Of a stretch of 55,930 nt of DNA, positions 14,965-23,758 are shown piece after piece (the first letter of the stretch is position 1; each line of letters opens with the position of its first letter). This DNA is from Candidatus Poseidoniales archaeon. Its GTDB lineage: Archaea > Thermoplasmatota > Poseidoniia > Poseidoniales > Poseidoniaceae. Under the pieces are notes generated by a model. That model was not told the origin of the DNA. It saw nothing but the letters and a program-made list of their open reading frames with translations, and did not search any database. The position numbers and the translations under genes are program-made. Where the stretch lies: the NCBI GenBank assembly GCA_038105035.1, contig JAYOBT010000008.1, forward strand, positions 1-55,930. Direction: 5' to 3'.

Positions 14965-15786
14965 ATGGACATAAACGAGCGACGTGAAGCACTCCGTGCA
15001 CGTGTTCGTAACAAATTGTCTGGCGTTGAAGAAGAGCCAGAAGAACTGGTTGTTGAGGAATCTGAAGTCCAAGCTGCGACAACTGAAGGCGAGGATTTAC
15101 TTCTTATCGATGAGTCAAATGGTCTTCTTGCACTTGCTTCATCCCTCATTTTCATTGGAAGCATTCTTGGTATTATCACAGGATTGTTGCTTCTTCAGGG
15201 AAACCCTGCAGAGTTGTTGAACAACACCTTGGAAAGCGATTTGCCCGTTGATGTCTATGGCATTGTTCTTGAAGCTGAAACGGGTGATTCGATGGAAGGC
15301 GTCCTCGTTGAATTGATCGAACTAGAAAGTGGCACCCTCATACAAGAAACACAAACCAATTCCTATGGCTACTACAAATTCGAAAATGTTCTATCACAGG
15401 AACATGTCCTGCGTGTTTCCGTAGACTCCTTCGTAACCATCGAGCGCACGTTTACACCAGAATCAGCCACACAAGCACCGTTTACACTGACCGAAGGAAA
15501 CGGAACCTTGGAAGAAGATTTCAGGCAGGCCAACTCAGGCTGGTCACTGCAAAATGCTGTTGCTCTCTCAACAGGAATTGGTCTGGTAACCATTCTTGCT
15601 GGTGTTGTTGGGCTCAAAGCAGCAGTTGATACACGCAGCGCTAGGAATTATCGCAGAACACAATATCTTGCTGGATTTGCCTTGTTTAGTCGCGGTTTCA
15701 TTATCTTTGGACCGTTTTTGATTCTTTGTGGCATGGGGTTGATGATCCTTGCACGGGATGAATTCCAAGGTTCCGAGGTGGAGTGA
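14965..15786 (+). CDS. Membrane protein with carboxypeptidase regulatory-like (Cna-B-type) beta-sandwich domain
   Basis: VYGIVLEAETGDSMEGVLVEL...TQTNSYGYYKFENV pattern flanked by TM helices. Confidence 0.72.
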   Translation: MDINERREALRARVRNKLSGVEEEPEELVVEESEVQAATTEGEDLLLIDESNGLLALASSLIFIGSILGIITGLLLLQGNPAELLNNTLESDLPVDVYGIVLEAETGDSMEGVLVELIELESGTLIQETQTNSYGYYKFENVLSQEHVLRVSVDSFVTIERTFTPESATQAPFTLTEGNGTLEEDFRQANSGWSLQNAVALSTGIGLVTILAGVVGLKAAVDTRSARNYRRTQYLAGFALFSRGFIIFGPFLILCGMGLMILARDEFQGSEVE

Positions 15787-17141
15787 TGTACCTCATTACC
15801 GTCGAGGGCGGAGATGGTTCCGGCAAAGGAGAAGCTGTACGGATTCTAACCGAACTTCTATCCTATTACCCGTTCAACGAGGTTCATCGAACACACGAAC
15901 CTCGCCGACACAGCGATCTTGGTAAACTCGCACTCGAAGCGGTCAAAGTTGGGGACAAGACCCCTCTCCAAGAAGCTGGGTTGTTTGCTGCAGACCGCCT
16001 TGACCATTCTCACACATGGATCAAGCCAAGACTTGAGAGAGGTGAGGTTGTGGTCTCAGATCGAAACATCCACTCTTCCATCATTTACCAAGGCGTAGTC
16101 GGAGAATTGGGAATCGATACTGTCTGCCAAGTAAATTCCGCATCGATGATACCCGATCTCGTGGTTTGGATTGATTGTGATCCCGATCGGGCCATTGAAC
16201 GCATCAAACACGCAACGCTAAGGATGAGCAGTGACAAACAAGAATACTTTGAGACGCCAGAAATTCAAAAGACCATACGCAAAGGATTCAATGCGCTGTT
16301 CACAGGCGAAATTCAAGTTGCTCCTCCGTTTGACAAGTGCTGTATTGTTGGCCCAATTCTCAACGAAGGAGGCCTTGATGAATTGCGTCAAAAATTAAAG
16401 CGCGAACTTCGGCAATTCTTCAACCGCAGACCTGCTCCTTTGAATGTCGATGCTGACAAAGTGGACAGATACTTACTCAATAAACTGGCACACGATGTAC
16501 AACAACAGACACGACTTCCTGGTGCACCCATGGAACGAACCTCCGTCCACATAGGTTGGCTCAGTGGACAGTCGCCAGCACAGTGGATGCAAACAGCTGA
16601 AGACGAGTGGGATTCTGGACAAGCAAGACAGTCTGATGTACCAAGCAATCCACTCGCACGCTCGAGTTGGTCAGTTCTTGGCACACTCTCGCTGATGGCA
16701 GGATCGTGTGAAATTCCCCGATTGCACAAATCACTCGGACCGCATAGGATGGTCACGCAACGCCACACGCAACGGTTGGTCAAATGGTTGGAAGAAGCAA
16801 ACTGGATTCATCGCCAACAAAATCACATTCCGTTTGCAGAAGGTCAGGTGTTCAAACTTCGCGATGCTTGGATTGGATTTGCTCGATTGACACTCGCCAT
16901 GTGGCCGTTCCGTGTGGCGCTATCTACATGGAGAAAAAACAACCCTGAATCGCCGTGGGAAAAGGCTCTAGAAGACATCCTTGAGCAAAGCAATAGCCAA
17001 CTCAACAAAGCGGTCGAGAACACCATTGAGCGCTTGCACATCCTGACCAGCGGACATGAGAATTGCCCCGTTCCAGAGAATGCAGAACAATTGCTTGTTT
17101 GGTGGTCCATGCCTCCACCCGATCACTCCTCTTCTTCATGA
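15786..17141 (+). CDS. tmk: Thymidylate (dTMP) kinase with long C-terminal extension
   Basis: ITVEGGDGSGK P-loop, THEP, LFAADR, VVSDR, PDLV. TGATG coupling to the upstream gene. About 230 extra C-terminal residues. Confidence 0.88.
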   Translation: MYLITVEGGDGSGKGEAVRILTELLSYYPFNEVHRTHEPRRHSDLGKLALEAVKVGDKTPLQEAGLFAADRLDHSHTWIKPRLERGEVVVSDRNIHSSIIYQGVVGELGIDTVCQVNSASMIPDLVVWIDCDPDRAIERIKHATLRMSSDKQEYFETPEIQKTIRKGFNALFTGEIQVAPPFDKCCIVGPILNEGGLDELRQKLKRELRQFFNRRPAPLNVDADKVDRYLLNKLAHDVQQQTRLPGAPMERTSVHIGWLSGQSPAQWMQTAEDEWDSGQARQSDVPSNPLARSSWSVLGTLSLMAGSCEIPRLHKSLGPHRMVTQRHTQRLVKWLEEANWIHRQQNHIPFAEGQVFKLRDAWIGFARLTLAMWPFRVALSTWRKNNPESPWEKALEDILEQSNSQLNKAVENTIERLHILTSGHENCPVPENAEQLLVWWSMPPPDHSSSS

Positions 17142-17821
17142 GGAGGTCGTTGAAATCGGACGTTGCCTGGCAATTGAACCTGTGATGGCTTGTCGAATTT
17201 GTTCGGTCGTGCACTGTAGGCCGCAGCAAAGAACAATCCCAATCCAAGTCCAAAGGGGATTCCAGTCACCAATCTGAGGAATGCTGTTGATTCCCTATCG
17301 GTCAGAAGTTGTGTGAATCCATCCACAGCCATCGGGACCACGCAGAGAGCACCAATCGTAACAAACAAGATTGTTCGACGGTTTTTCCGGTATATGGGAT
17401 TCAACTGCTCATCCGGTAAAACAGACAGGAATGTGTCTCGTATCGTCCAACGATTGACACCTCGACGTGAATAAATGAAGCCTCCAAGTGCAAGTCCTGC
17501 AAAAATCCCTACATCTCGTACGCAGACAGGCATTTGATTCCCATTGATGGACCACGAACGCTCGTGTTTGTTGTGGCAATTCAAATCTCCAAACGCATAG
17601 ATTGCGGCACTGTAAGCATTCAACTCAGTCCATGTAAAATTTTGATCGTTCTCTTTGTGGAAGTCAAGCATATTGGCTCGTCCGGAGAGTTCACCAATCG
17701 TGTCTGCTTCGACCATAGCAGGAGCAAGGAAGAACGATGCAAGGAAAAAGAAACTGATTCCTCCTATCCAGAGCCCGACCTTCTGATCACGAGTTCGTGA
17801 CTCCAGACCGTTCCGTTCCAT
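17123..17821 (-). CDS. DUF2085-like membrane protein
   Basis: CHNKHERSW..NGNQMPVCVRDVGIFAG and PMAVDGFTQ...LRLVTG motifs with TM helices. Confidence 0.8.
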   Translation of the reverse strand: MERNGLESRTRDQKVGLWIGGISFFFLASFFLAPAMVEADTIGELSGRANMLDFHKENDQNFTWTELNAYSAAIYAFGDLNCHNKHERSWSINGNQMPVCVRDVGIFAGLALGGFIYSRRGVNRWTIRDTFLSVLPDEQLNPIYRKNRRTILFVTIGALCVVPMAVDGFTQLLTDRESTAFLRLVTGIPFGLGLGLFFAAAYSARPNKFDKPSQVQLPGNVRFQRPPHEEEE

Positions 17822-17897
17822 ACCCCTGCCTTCGCTTCGCGTCCTTTAATCCTTGATGAATCGACGGTTTCATCTCATCAGCAATCTTCGAGCGTAC

Positions 17898-18530
17898 ATG
17901 GCGGAGCCTTCAACAGAGCCGGTTGGACTGTGGCTTGGCATACAGGCTGGTGCCTTTCTTGGGCTTTATTTTGGGTTTAGTTTAGCATTGGTATCTGCCT
18001 TGACAAGCCCCGAGGAATTGATGCGTATCGTCTACCTAATCACCATCTTTCCAATGGTTGGAGGTATTCTCCTTGGACCATTCCTTGCAAAGCGAGAACG
18101 CCCAGTGGCCTCAGATATCCCTCCTCTCCAGCGAACCATGGAGGCTCTCGAAGGCATGGACGAAGGACAGGGCAAGTGGCGTATTCTAAGCCATGTTCGC
18201 AGCGATGGTAGGACAGTTCGTATCGATCTCCATGACTCAAGTCGAGTCGAAGAACTCCTCAACCGTACAACCCCTTTGACCAATGAATTCCCCGTTCGGT
18301 ACATGGTTGGTCGTGGCATCAACAACAGTCGTCAACCCGAATTACGAGCAAAAGTCCTCGCCGTTCTTGATAATCAGTTCCCAAAGACGAGACAATCAAG
18401 ATACACATCTGCCATCGAAATATCACCTGAGTTGCCCGAACGGTTACGAAATCAACGGAAAAAAATCAACATGCTCCTGGCTGTTTTCCTACCTATCGCA
18501 ACCTTCCTTGGATGGTTGGAAATGAGGTAA
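17898..18530 (+). CDS. Membrane protein with Smr-like domain
   Basis: Two N-terminal TMs and one C-terminal TM. Central RIDLHD...YMVGRG..S...LRAKV pattern resembles Smr (LDLHG...IITGxG.HS..LK..V). Confidence 0.6.
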   Translation: MAEPSTEPVGLWLGIQAGAFLGLYFGFSLALVSALTSPEELMRIVYLITIFPMVGGILLGPFLAKRERPVASDIPPLQRTMEALEGMDEGQGKWRILSHVRSDGRTVRIDLHDSSRVEELLNRTTPLTNEFPVRYMVGRGINNSRQPELRAKVLAVLDNQFPKTRQSRYTSAIEISPELPERLRNQRKKINMLLAVFLPIATFLGWLEMR

Positions 18531-18575
18531 AGGCCCCGTAGCATCACTTATTTTGAGGAAGGTTGAGTGCTAGCC

Positions 18576-19445
18576 ATGCGGGAGGTATCCTTTTTTTGGA
18601 AAATTGACCGCCTCGCTGCCATTGGATTGGAGGCGATTCCGAAGGTAGCACGTAGGATTGAGTTCCTTTCGTACATCAAACGCGCTCCGAAGGACATACG
18701 TTGTTTGTTCAAATTTCATCTCCATGAAGGACAAAGTGTTGAACATCTGAAAGGTATCGATGCGCTTGAAGTCCTCGAGGTGATTCAGGAAGCTGAACAA
18801 CCTGATGAAGGCCACTTGGTCATTTGCAGGGTCATCCATCCAGTTCCGATCCTCAATGCTCGTACCAATGGAACATTTGCAGTTGCAGGTTCGAAATTCG
18901 ATGAGGAAGGGCTGACTTACATTTTGCAAGGATCCTCAATGAAACTGCGGCTCTTATCGGGTGTGCTCCGGCTCATAGCCAAACCCGATCGAACGAGTGC
19001 ACGAACGCTCAAACTCACCCCGCAGAATCATACTTCAGTTCTAACAGAACGTCAACTTAAACTCGCAAAATTCGCTTACGATCGTGGTTACTATGACCTC
19101 CCCAAGCGCATCAAAATAACCGGTCTTGCCGAGCAACTTGGACTTGCAAGAGCGACAATTTCCGAACATCTCACAAAAATCGAAGGTATTCTCATGGACG
19201 ATTTGTTCTCATCGATGACGGATGTTCGGCTAACGGTTGAGCAAGCCCGGACCATTGTTGAGACCATGGAATCGGACATGGATGAGACAGAAACATACCA
19301 AACAGAATCATTTGCTGGCTTAATCAAACGTATCAAAGAAAACATCGCTGAGGAATTGTCATCAGATATGGAAAACGTCCCAGAACTTGACATCCGCCAA
19401 GACCCTGAAGAGATCCTCAAGCGCATCCAAGAAGACATCTCCTAG
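18576..19445 (+). CDS. Bat-type (HTH_10) helix-turn-helix transcriptional regulator
   Basis: LTERQLKLAKFAYDRGYYDLPKRIKITGLAEQLGLARATISEHL matches the bacterio-opsin-activator HTH pattern. Acidic C-terminal extension. Confidence 0.85.
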   Translation: MREVSFFWKIDRLAAIGLEAIPKVARRIEFLSYIKRAPKDIRCLFKFHLHEGQSVEHLKGIDALEVLEVIQEAEQPDEGHLVICRVIHPVPILNARTNGTFAVAGSKFDEEGLTYILQGSSMKLRLLSGVLRLIAKPDRTSARTLKLTPQNHTSVLTERQLKLAKFAYDRGYYDLPKRIKITGLAEQLGLARATISEHLTKIEGILMDDLFSSMTDVRLTVEQARTIVETMESDMDETETYQTESFAGLIKRIKENIAEELSSDMENVPELDIRQDPEEILKRIQEDIS

Positions 19446-19460
19446 TTCGCTCATGTTTTT

Positions 19461-20429
19461 ATGAGTCAGTGTGGTCAAACACCCATGGAGGAAATGCGGG
19501 AACTTCTCGACCGGATTTCCAATTCAGGTATTGAGGTGCCACAAACGGTAAGAGATGCTATGTGTGATCTTCATCTTGATCAGTTCACAACCTACGACTT
19601 TGATGGATTTTTTCACGATCGTCCGGTCGTCTTCATGGAAACTGAAAACGGAGGTGTCAAGACCATCTCTGCACCGCACATGATTGTCACGCTCCTCCAC
19701 CACCTTGAATTGGAAAAGGGTCACGAGGTCCTCGTCGTTGGTTCCAAAGGAGGTTACATTGCAGCGCTTATTGCAACCATCGTCGGTGAGCAAGGGCGTG
19801 TTATTGTCGTCGATCCATCTGAAGAAGTCATTCGCCATACTGCAAATGCGCTGAATGGTTGGCCAACAATTGACCTTCGACACGTCGAATCGATTGATGT
19901 TGCTCCCATCGAACTTCCTGGTGACCTCAGCCGAATCCTCATCACAGGAAGTGTTCTTGGTGTACCAAGTTGGATGGAAGAGCGAATCGTTGAGGGTGGT
20001 TTCGTCATTGCGCCTATTGGCGATCATCATCATCAGGAGTTGATGAAAAATGAACGTCAGTTCGATGTCCTGCTCCCCACCTCGCTTGGGCCGGTTTCGT
20101 TTGGACCCGTTGACATTGTTGAAAGCGAGCCGCAACCACTGACCGCGCTAGAAATTGCTGATTTGATTGAAACATTGATCGAAACATGTCACGAAATGGA
20201 CCTCTGTGGAGCTGAGGAACTGCAACAACTTGGAACGATCGCTGATGAATTACGTACGATGATGAATGCCGATGAAGGTGAATTAGAGGCATTCATTACC
20301 GCAAACATGCAACATTTTGTTCAATTGTGGCCAATGATACAACTCATGTTCGCGCCGACCCTTGCTCGGCCGGGTGATGTTGATCAAGATGATGCACCAG
20401 GATATCACTTCGATGAATTCAAACCGTGA
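19461..20429 (+). CDS. pcm: Protein-L-isoaspartate O-methyltransferase-like protein (divergent)
   Basis: TISAPHM, VLVVGSKGGYIAALIA..VG..GRV, GGFVIAPIG, VSFGP. Confidence 0.7.
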   Translation: MSQCGQTPMEEMRELLDRISNSGIEVPQTVRDAMCDLHLDQFTTYDFDGFFHDRPVVFMETENGGVKTISAPHMIVTLLHHLELEKGHEVLVVGSKGGYIAALIATIVGEQGRVIVVDPSEEVIRHTANALNGWPTIDLRHVESIDVAPIELPGDLSRILITGSVLGVPSWMEERIVEGGFVIAPIGDHHHQELMKNERQFDVLLPTSLGPVSFGPVDIVESEPQPLTALEIADLIETLIETCHEMDLCGAEELQQLGTIADELRTMMNADEGELEAFITANMQHFVQLWPMIQLMFAPTLARPGDVDQDDAPGYHFDEFKP

Positions 20430-20438
20430 GGCTGGACT

Positions 20439-21431
20439 ATGGTTGCAAACATCCAGTCTGCTATTGCCAAATTAAAGCACAAGGATGTTCGACAGCGAAG
20501 AAGGGCTGTTCGAATCCTCTTCGATTCCGATGCATACGAGAGCGTAGAAGCCTTCTCCCCACTTCTTGATGACAAAGATGTCTGGTTTCGCAACAAGGCT
20601 ATTGAGGCGTATCGAAGATGGGCACCAAAACATGCACCACACCTACTTGAGCAACTTGCGCAAAGCAACCAACTCGATGGTCAACGGTGCGTAGCAGCGG
20701 TGCTCGAATCCATCACAAAAACGTCTGAGGCTGCAAAACTTGCTCGTTTTTTGTTGGACAGCAACGATGATGTCGTCGTTCGACGTGCAGCACATCAGCT
20801 TATCAGCACAAACGAAGCAACTGATTCTGAACTCAAAGCGTTTCTAGAAGCAGAGGATCATGTCGTGCGAACTTACGCCACTGAGGTGAATGAAAATGCC
20901 TCAAATCTGCTCGCATCACTTCAAGACACTCATCCAGATGTTCGCAGGCAAGCAGCTTCTTCCCTTCTGCGAATGGAGTTGACCAGTGAAGAGAATACTG
21001 CACTACAGGACGCCATCGTTCAAGACGATGCCTTATGGAAACTCGCCGTTCCTATTGCTCTTGAGAATCACTTACCCACCTTGCTTGACCTCATGACATC
21101 GAAATCCAATACGCAAAGGAAATTCCTCGTCCAGTCGTTGAAAGATGCAGTAGAAGAGGCGGATGACGAACGACTTCGTACGCTCATTGACGGTGATTGT
21201 ACCTCCATCGTGGCTCGGTGGCTCGTTGGCCGTAACGATGTGAAAAGTGACACGCTACGCACAGAATTATTGTTTGACGATCGTGTTGACAGCATCGATA
21301 AGTCAAGACTTCTTGAGCGATTGTTGCATCGGCAACAGGAACCTGCGATTCAACAACTTGCTGAAAGGCTAATATCGGAATCGAGTGATGAGCTTGTCCT
21401 GAGTGCAGCACAGAACCTATACACTGCATAG
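20439..21431 (+). CDS. HEAT repeat protein
   Basis: Repeated L.D.D..VR..A motifs (LDDKDVWFRNKA, LDSNDDVVVRRAA, LQDTHPDVRRQAA). Confidence 0.8.
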   Translation: MVANIQSAIAKLKHKDVRQRRRAVRILFDSDAYESVEAFSPLLDDKDVWFRNKAIEAYRRWAPKHAPHLLEQLAQSNQLDGQRCVAAVLESITKTSEAAKLARFLLDSNDDVVVRRAAHQLISTNEATDSELKAFLEAEDHVVRTYATEVNENASNLLASLQDTHPDVRRQAASSLLRMELTSEENTALQDAIVQDDALWKLAVPIALENHLPTLLDLMTSKSNTQRKFLVQSLKDAVEEADDERLRTLIDGDCTSIVARWLVGRNDVKSDTLRTELLFDDRVDSIDKSRLLERLLHRQQEPAIQQLAERLISESSDELVLSAAQNLYTA

Positions 21432-21445
21432 AACAAGGATTCACC

Positions 21446-23287
21446 ATGACAGGTTCAAACGTCGTCTTTCGAGTTGATGCCACCGAATCCAGTGACCAAC
21501 GCCTCGATGTGGAAATTGAAGTTGGTGCCCCGTTCACATCCTCTTCATTGAAACTCTCGTTCCCACGCTGGGTTCCTGGTTCCTACTTCTTGCGTGAACC
21601 AATTCAACACGTTTCTCATTTGGAAGCAATGGATGGAGAAGGCAACCCCCTCAACGTGGTACGAAAAGATGTTGATTCTATCTTAGTCAAAGACGTTTCA
21701 TCCCTCAATAAGGTACGCATTCGTTACAAACTGCTCTGTGTTGAAAACACGGTTCGTTCGAATCACCTTGACGAGACACACCTGCACATGATGCCCCCTT
21801 TCACATGGTTTCTTCCAACATCTGGAATCGATGCAGATCGTATGAATGAGATCCACACTGTAGAATTCACTTTGCCTTCCGATTGGAATGTATCAACCCA
21901 ACTCAATTTCCAACGGACATCTCCACATGGCTCTGGACAACGCCATACCTACACGGCAGAGCATAGAGACGCATTGCTTGATGGAATTGCTGAATGCAAT
22001 ACAAACGAGATTCATCAATTCACCGTCGGTGGACGGAATCACTCACTCCATTATTGGGATGCAGGAGGATACAAGCCAAACGAAGTCATGCTGGAGAGGT
22101 TCATTCATGACATGAAAAACATCATTGCAGAGCACCATGCATTGTTTGGCCCTATCCACGAACCGTACCATACGATTCTCCATCTCACCGATGGTGGACG
22201 CGGCGGCCTGGAACACACAAACTCTCAGACATCCATGGTCCCGAGAACATCGCTTCAACCAGGTCATGTTGAGGATTATCGAGATCTTGTCAGTCTGTTT
22301 AGCCACGAATATGTCCACCAATGGAACGTAAAGCGACTTCGACCGAAGATGTTCTTGGATTATGATTTGCAAAGAGAAGTCAATACAGATCTGTTGTGGT
22401 GGTTTGAAGGAGCCACGTCATGGATAGGAGACATCATGTGTCTTCGATCAGGTGCGTGGAGTGCAGAGGATTATTTTGCTGACATGAAGCGGAAGCTAAA
22501 ACGACATCATACGCGTAGCGGATCTTCATGTCAGGCTCTCTGCGAAGCAAGTCATGAAGCGTGGATTCACCTCTATAGAAGCCATGCTTACTCAAGGGAA
22601 ACACAAATCTCCTACTATCTTGAAGGTGAATTAACGATGTTTGCCCTTGATGCAGAACTCAGGAAACGTTCGAAGGGTGAAAACGGTGTCTGCGATCTGA
22701 TGAAAGCGTTGTATGAAAAGCACAACATCCACGTCGAAGACAAATCCATGCGTGGCGTACAATACAAGGACATTCGCAAGGCACTCACGGCGATTACCGG
22801 GGGACGTAGGCTTGGCGGCTTCCTCGATGATATCACAAAGGAAGCAGGTAACCTCGACCTTGCTAGGGCCTTCTCAATCTTCGGTTTGGACTACAAACCG
22901 TCGGATGAACCAAAACGAAAACAGGGAACTGAATCAGTTGTGTGGGAACATTTTGCTCAAGGATGGCTCGGCGTCCACGTTCGTTCTCAAGGAAACAAAT
23001 TGAAAGTGACAAGTCATATGCAAGATTCTCCAGTTCGAGACCACCTGCAAGTTGGTGACGAAATTGTTGCCATAGATGCGATTCGAGTAACAAAAGCTGA
23101 AGAATTGAAATCAACCTTGAAAGGAAAAGTGGGGTCAACGGTTCGAGTGATGTATGCACGAAATTCCGTCATGCACGATGCTACGCTGAATGTTTCCTTG
23201 GAACCAAACTATCCGAAGGTTACAACCAGTGAAGGGAATCGTTTGTGGAAGGCTACGATTCGTTCACGTCAGGCTGACTCGGCGTAA
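21446..23287 (+). CDS. M61 glycyl aminopeptidase family protein with C-terminal PDZ domain
   Basis: PRWVPGSY, GGLEH, SHEYVHQWNVKRLRP, LWWFEG, SYY..G. PDZ-like LQVGDEIVAID. Confidence 0.92.
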   Translation: MTGSNVVFRVDATESSDQRLDVEIEVGAPFTSSSLKLSFPRWVPGSYFLREPIQHVSHLEAMDGEGNPLNVVRKDVDSILVKDVSSLNKVRIRYKLLCVENTVRSNHLDETHLHMMPPFTWFLPTSGIDADRMNEIHTVEFTLPSDWNVSTQLNFQRTSPHGSGQRHTYTAEHRDALLDGIAECNTNEIHQFTVGGRNHSLHYWDAGGYKPNEVMLERFIHDMKNIIAEHHALFGPIHEPYHTILHLTDGGRGGLEHTNSQTSMVPRTSLQPGHVEDYRDLVSLFSHEYVHQWNVKRLRPKMFLDYDLQREVNTDLLWWFEGATSWIGDIMCLRSGAWSAEDYFADMKRKLKRHHTRSGSSCQALCEASHEAWIHLYRSHAYSRETQISYYLEGELTMFALDAELRKRSKGENGVCDLMKALYEKHNIHVEDKSMRGVQYKDIRKALTAITGGRRLGGFLDDITKEAGNLDLARAFSIFGLDYKPSDEPKRKQGTESVVWEHFAQGWLGVHVRSQGNKLKVTSHMQDSPVRDHLQVGDEIVAIDAIRVTKAEELKSTLKGKVGSTVRVMYARNSVMHDATLNVSLEPNYPKVTTSEGNRLWKATIRSRQADSA

Positions 23288-23699
23288 GCAGCGAAAGCCG
23301 CTCGAGCGACACATGAATTGGCGGCAAGTGATCTGAGATACGGTGCCGTGTTGTTTTTGGTGGATACAAATTCGAGGAAAGCGCCATATCGATGACATCT
23401 TGTTTCGTAATGGATTCCAAATTGGAAGCAGGCCATAATTCAAGTTCAACCGAATCGTCTTCCAAATAGTCGATGCAAACGACTGGAATTCGAGCAAGGT
23501 CGAGGCGTTGTGCGACTGCATATCGATGGTGACCGTCAAGGATTGTTCCCGTGGCCTTATCCGCAATCAAAGGCTTGGTGAAACCATCCCAACGTAGCGT
23601 CATCTCAAGGAGTTTCTCCATATTCCTAGGTTTGATTTCTTCATGTGCTTTGAGCCATTCGACGGGTACCAGGCGCACATCCTCTTCTGCCCAAGACAT
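23253..23699 (-). CDS. ParB/Srx N-terminal domain protein, SerK/SbnI-like
   Basis: LKAHEE...FTKPLI...ILDGHHR...IPVVCIDY...ITKQDVI...LYPPKTTRH. Start set at MSWAEED. Confidence 0.8.
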   Translation of the reverse strand: MSWAEEDVRLVPVEWLKAHEEIKPRNMEKLLEMTLRWDGFTKPLIADKATGTILDGHHRYAVAQRLDLARIPVVCIDYLEDDSVELELWPASNLESITKQDVIDMALSSNLYPPKTTRHRISDHLPPIHVSLERLSLLTPSQPDVNES

Positions 23700-23758
23700 G
23701 CTTCGACCAATTGAATCCACAGGATAATGCTTTGTCTTGTATGAACACGCAGGGTTGG

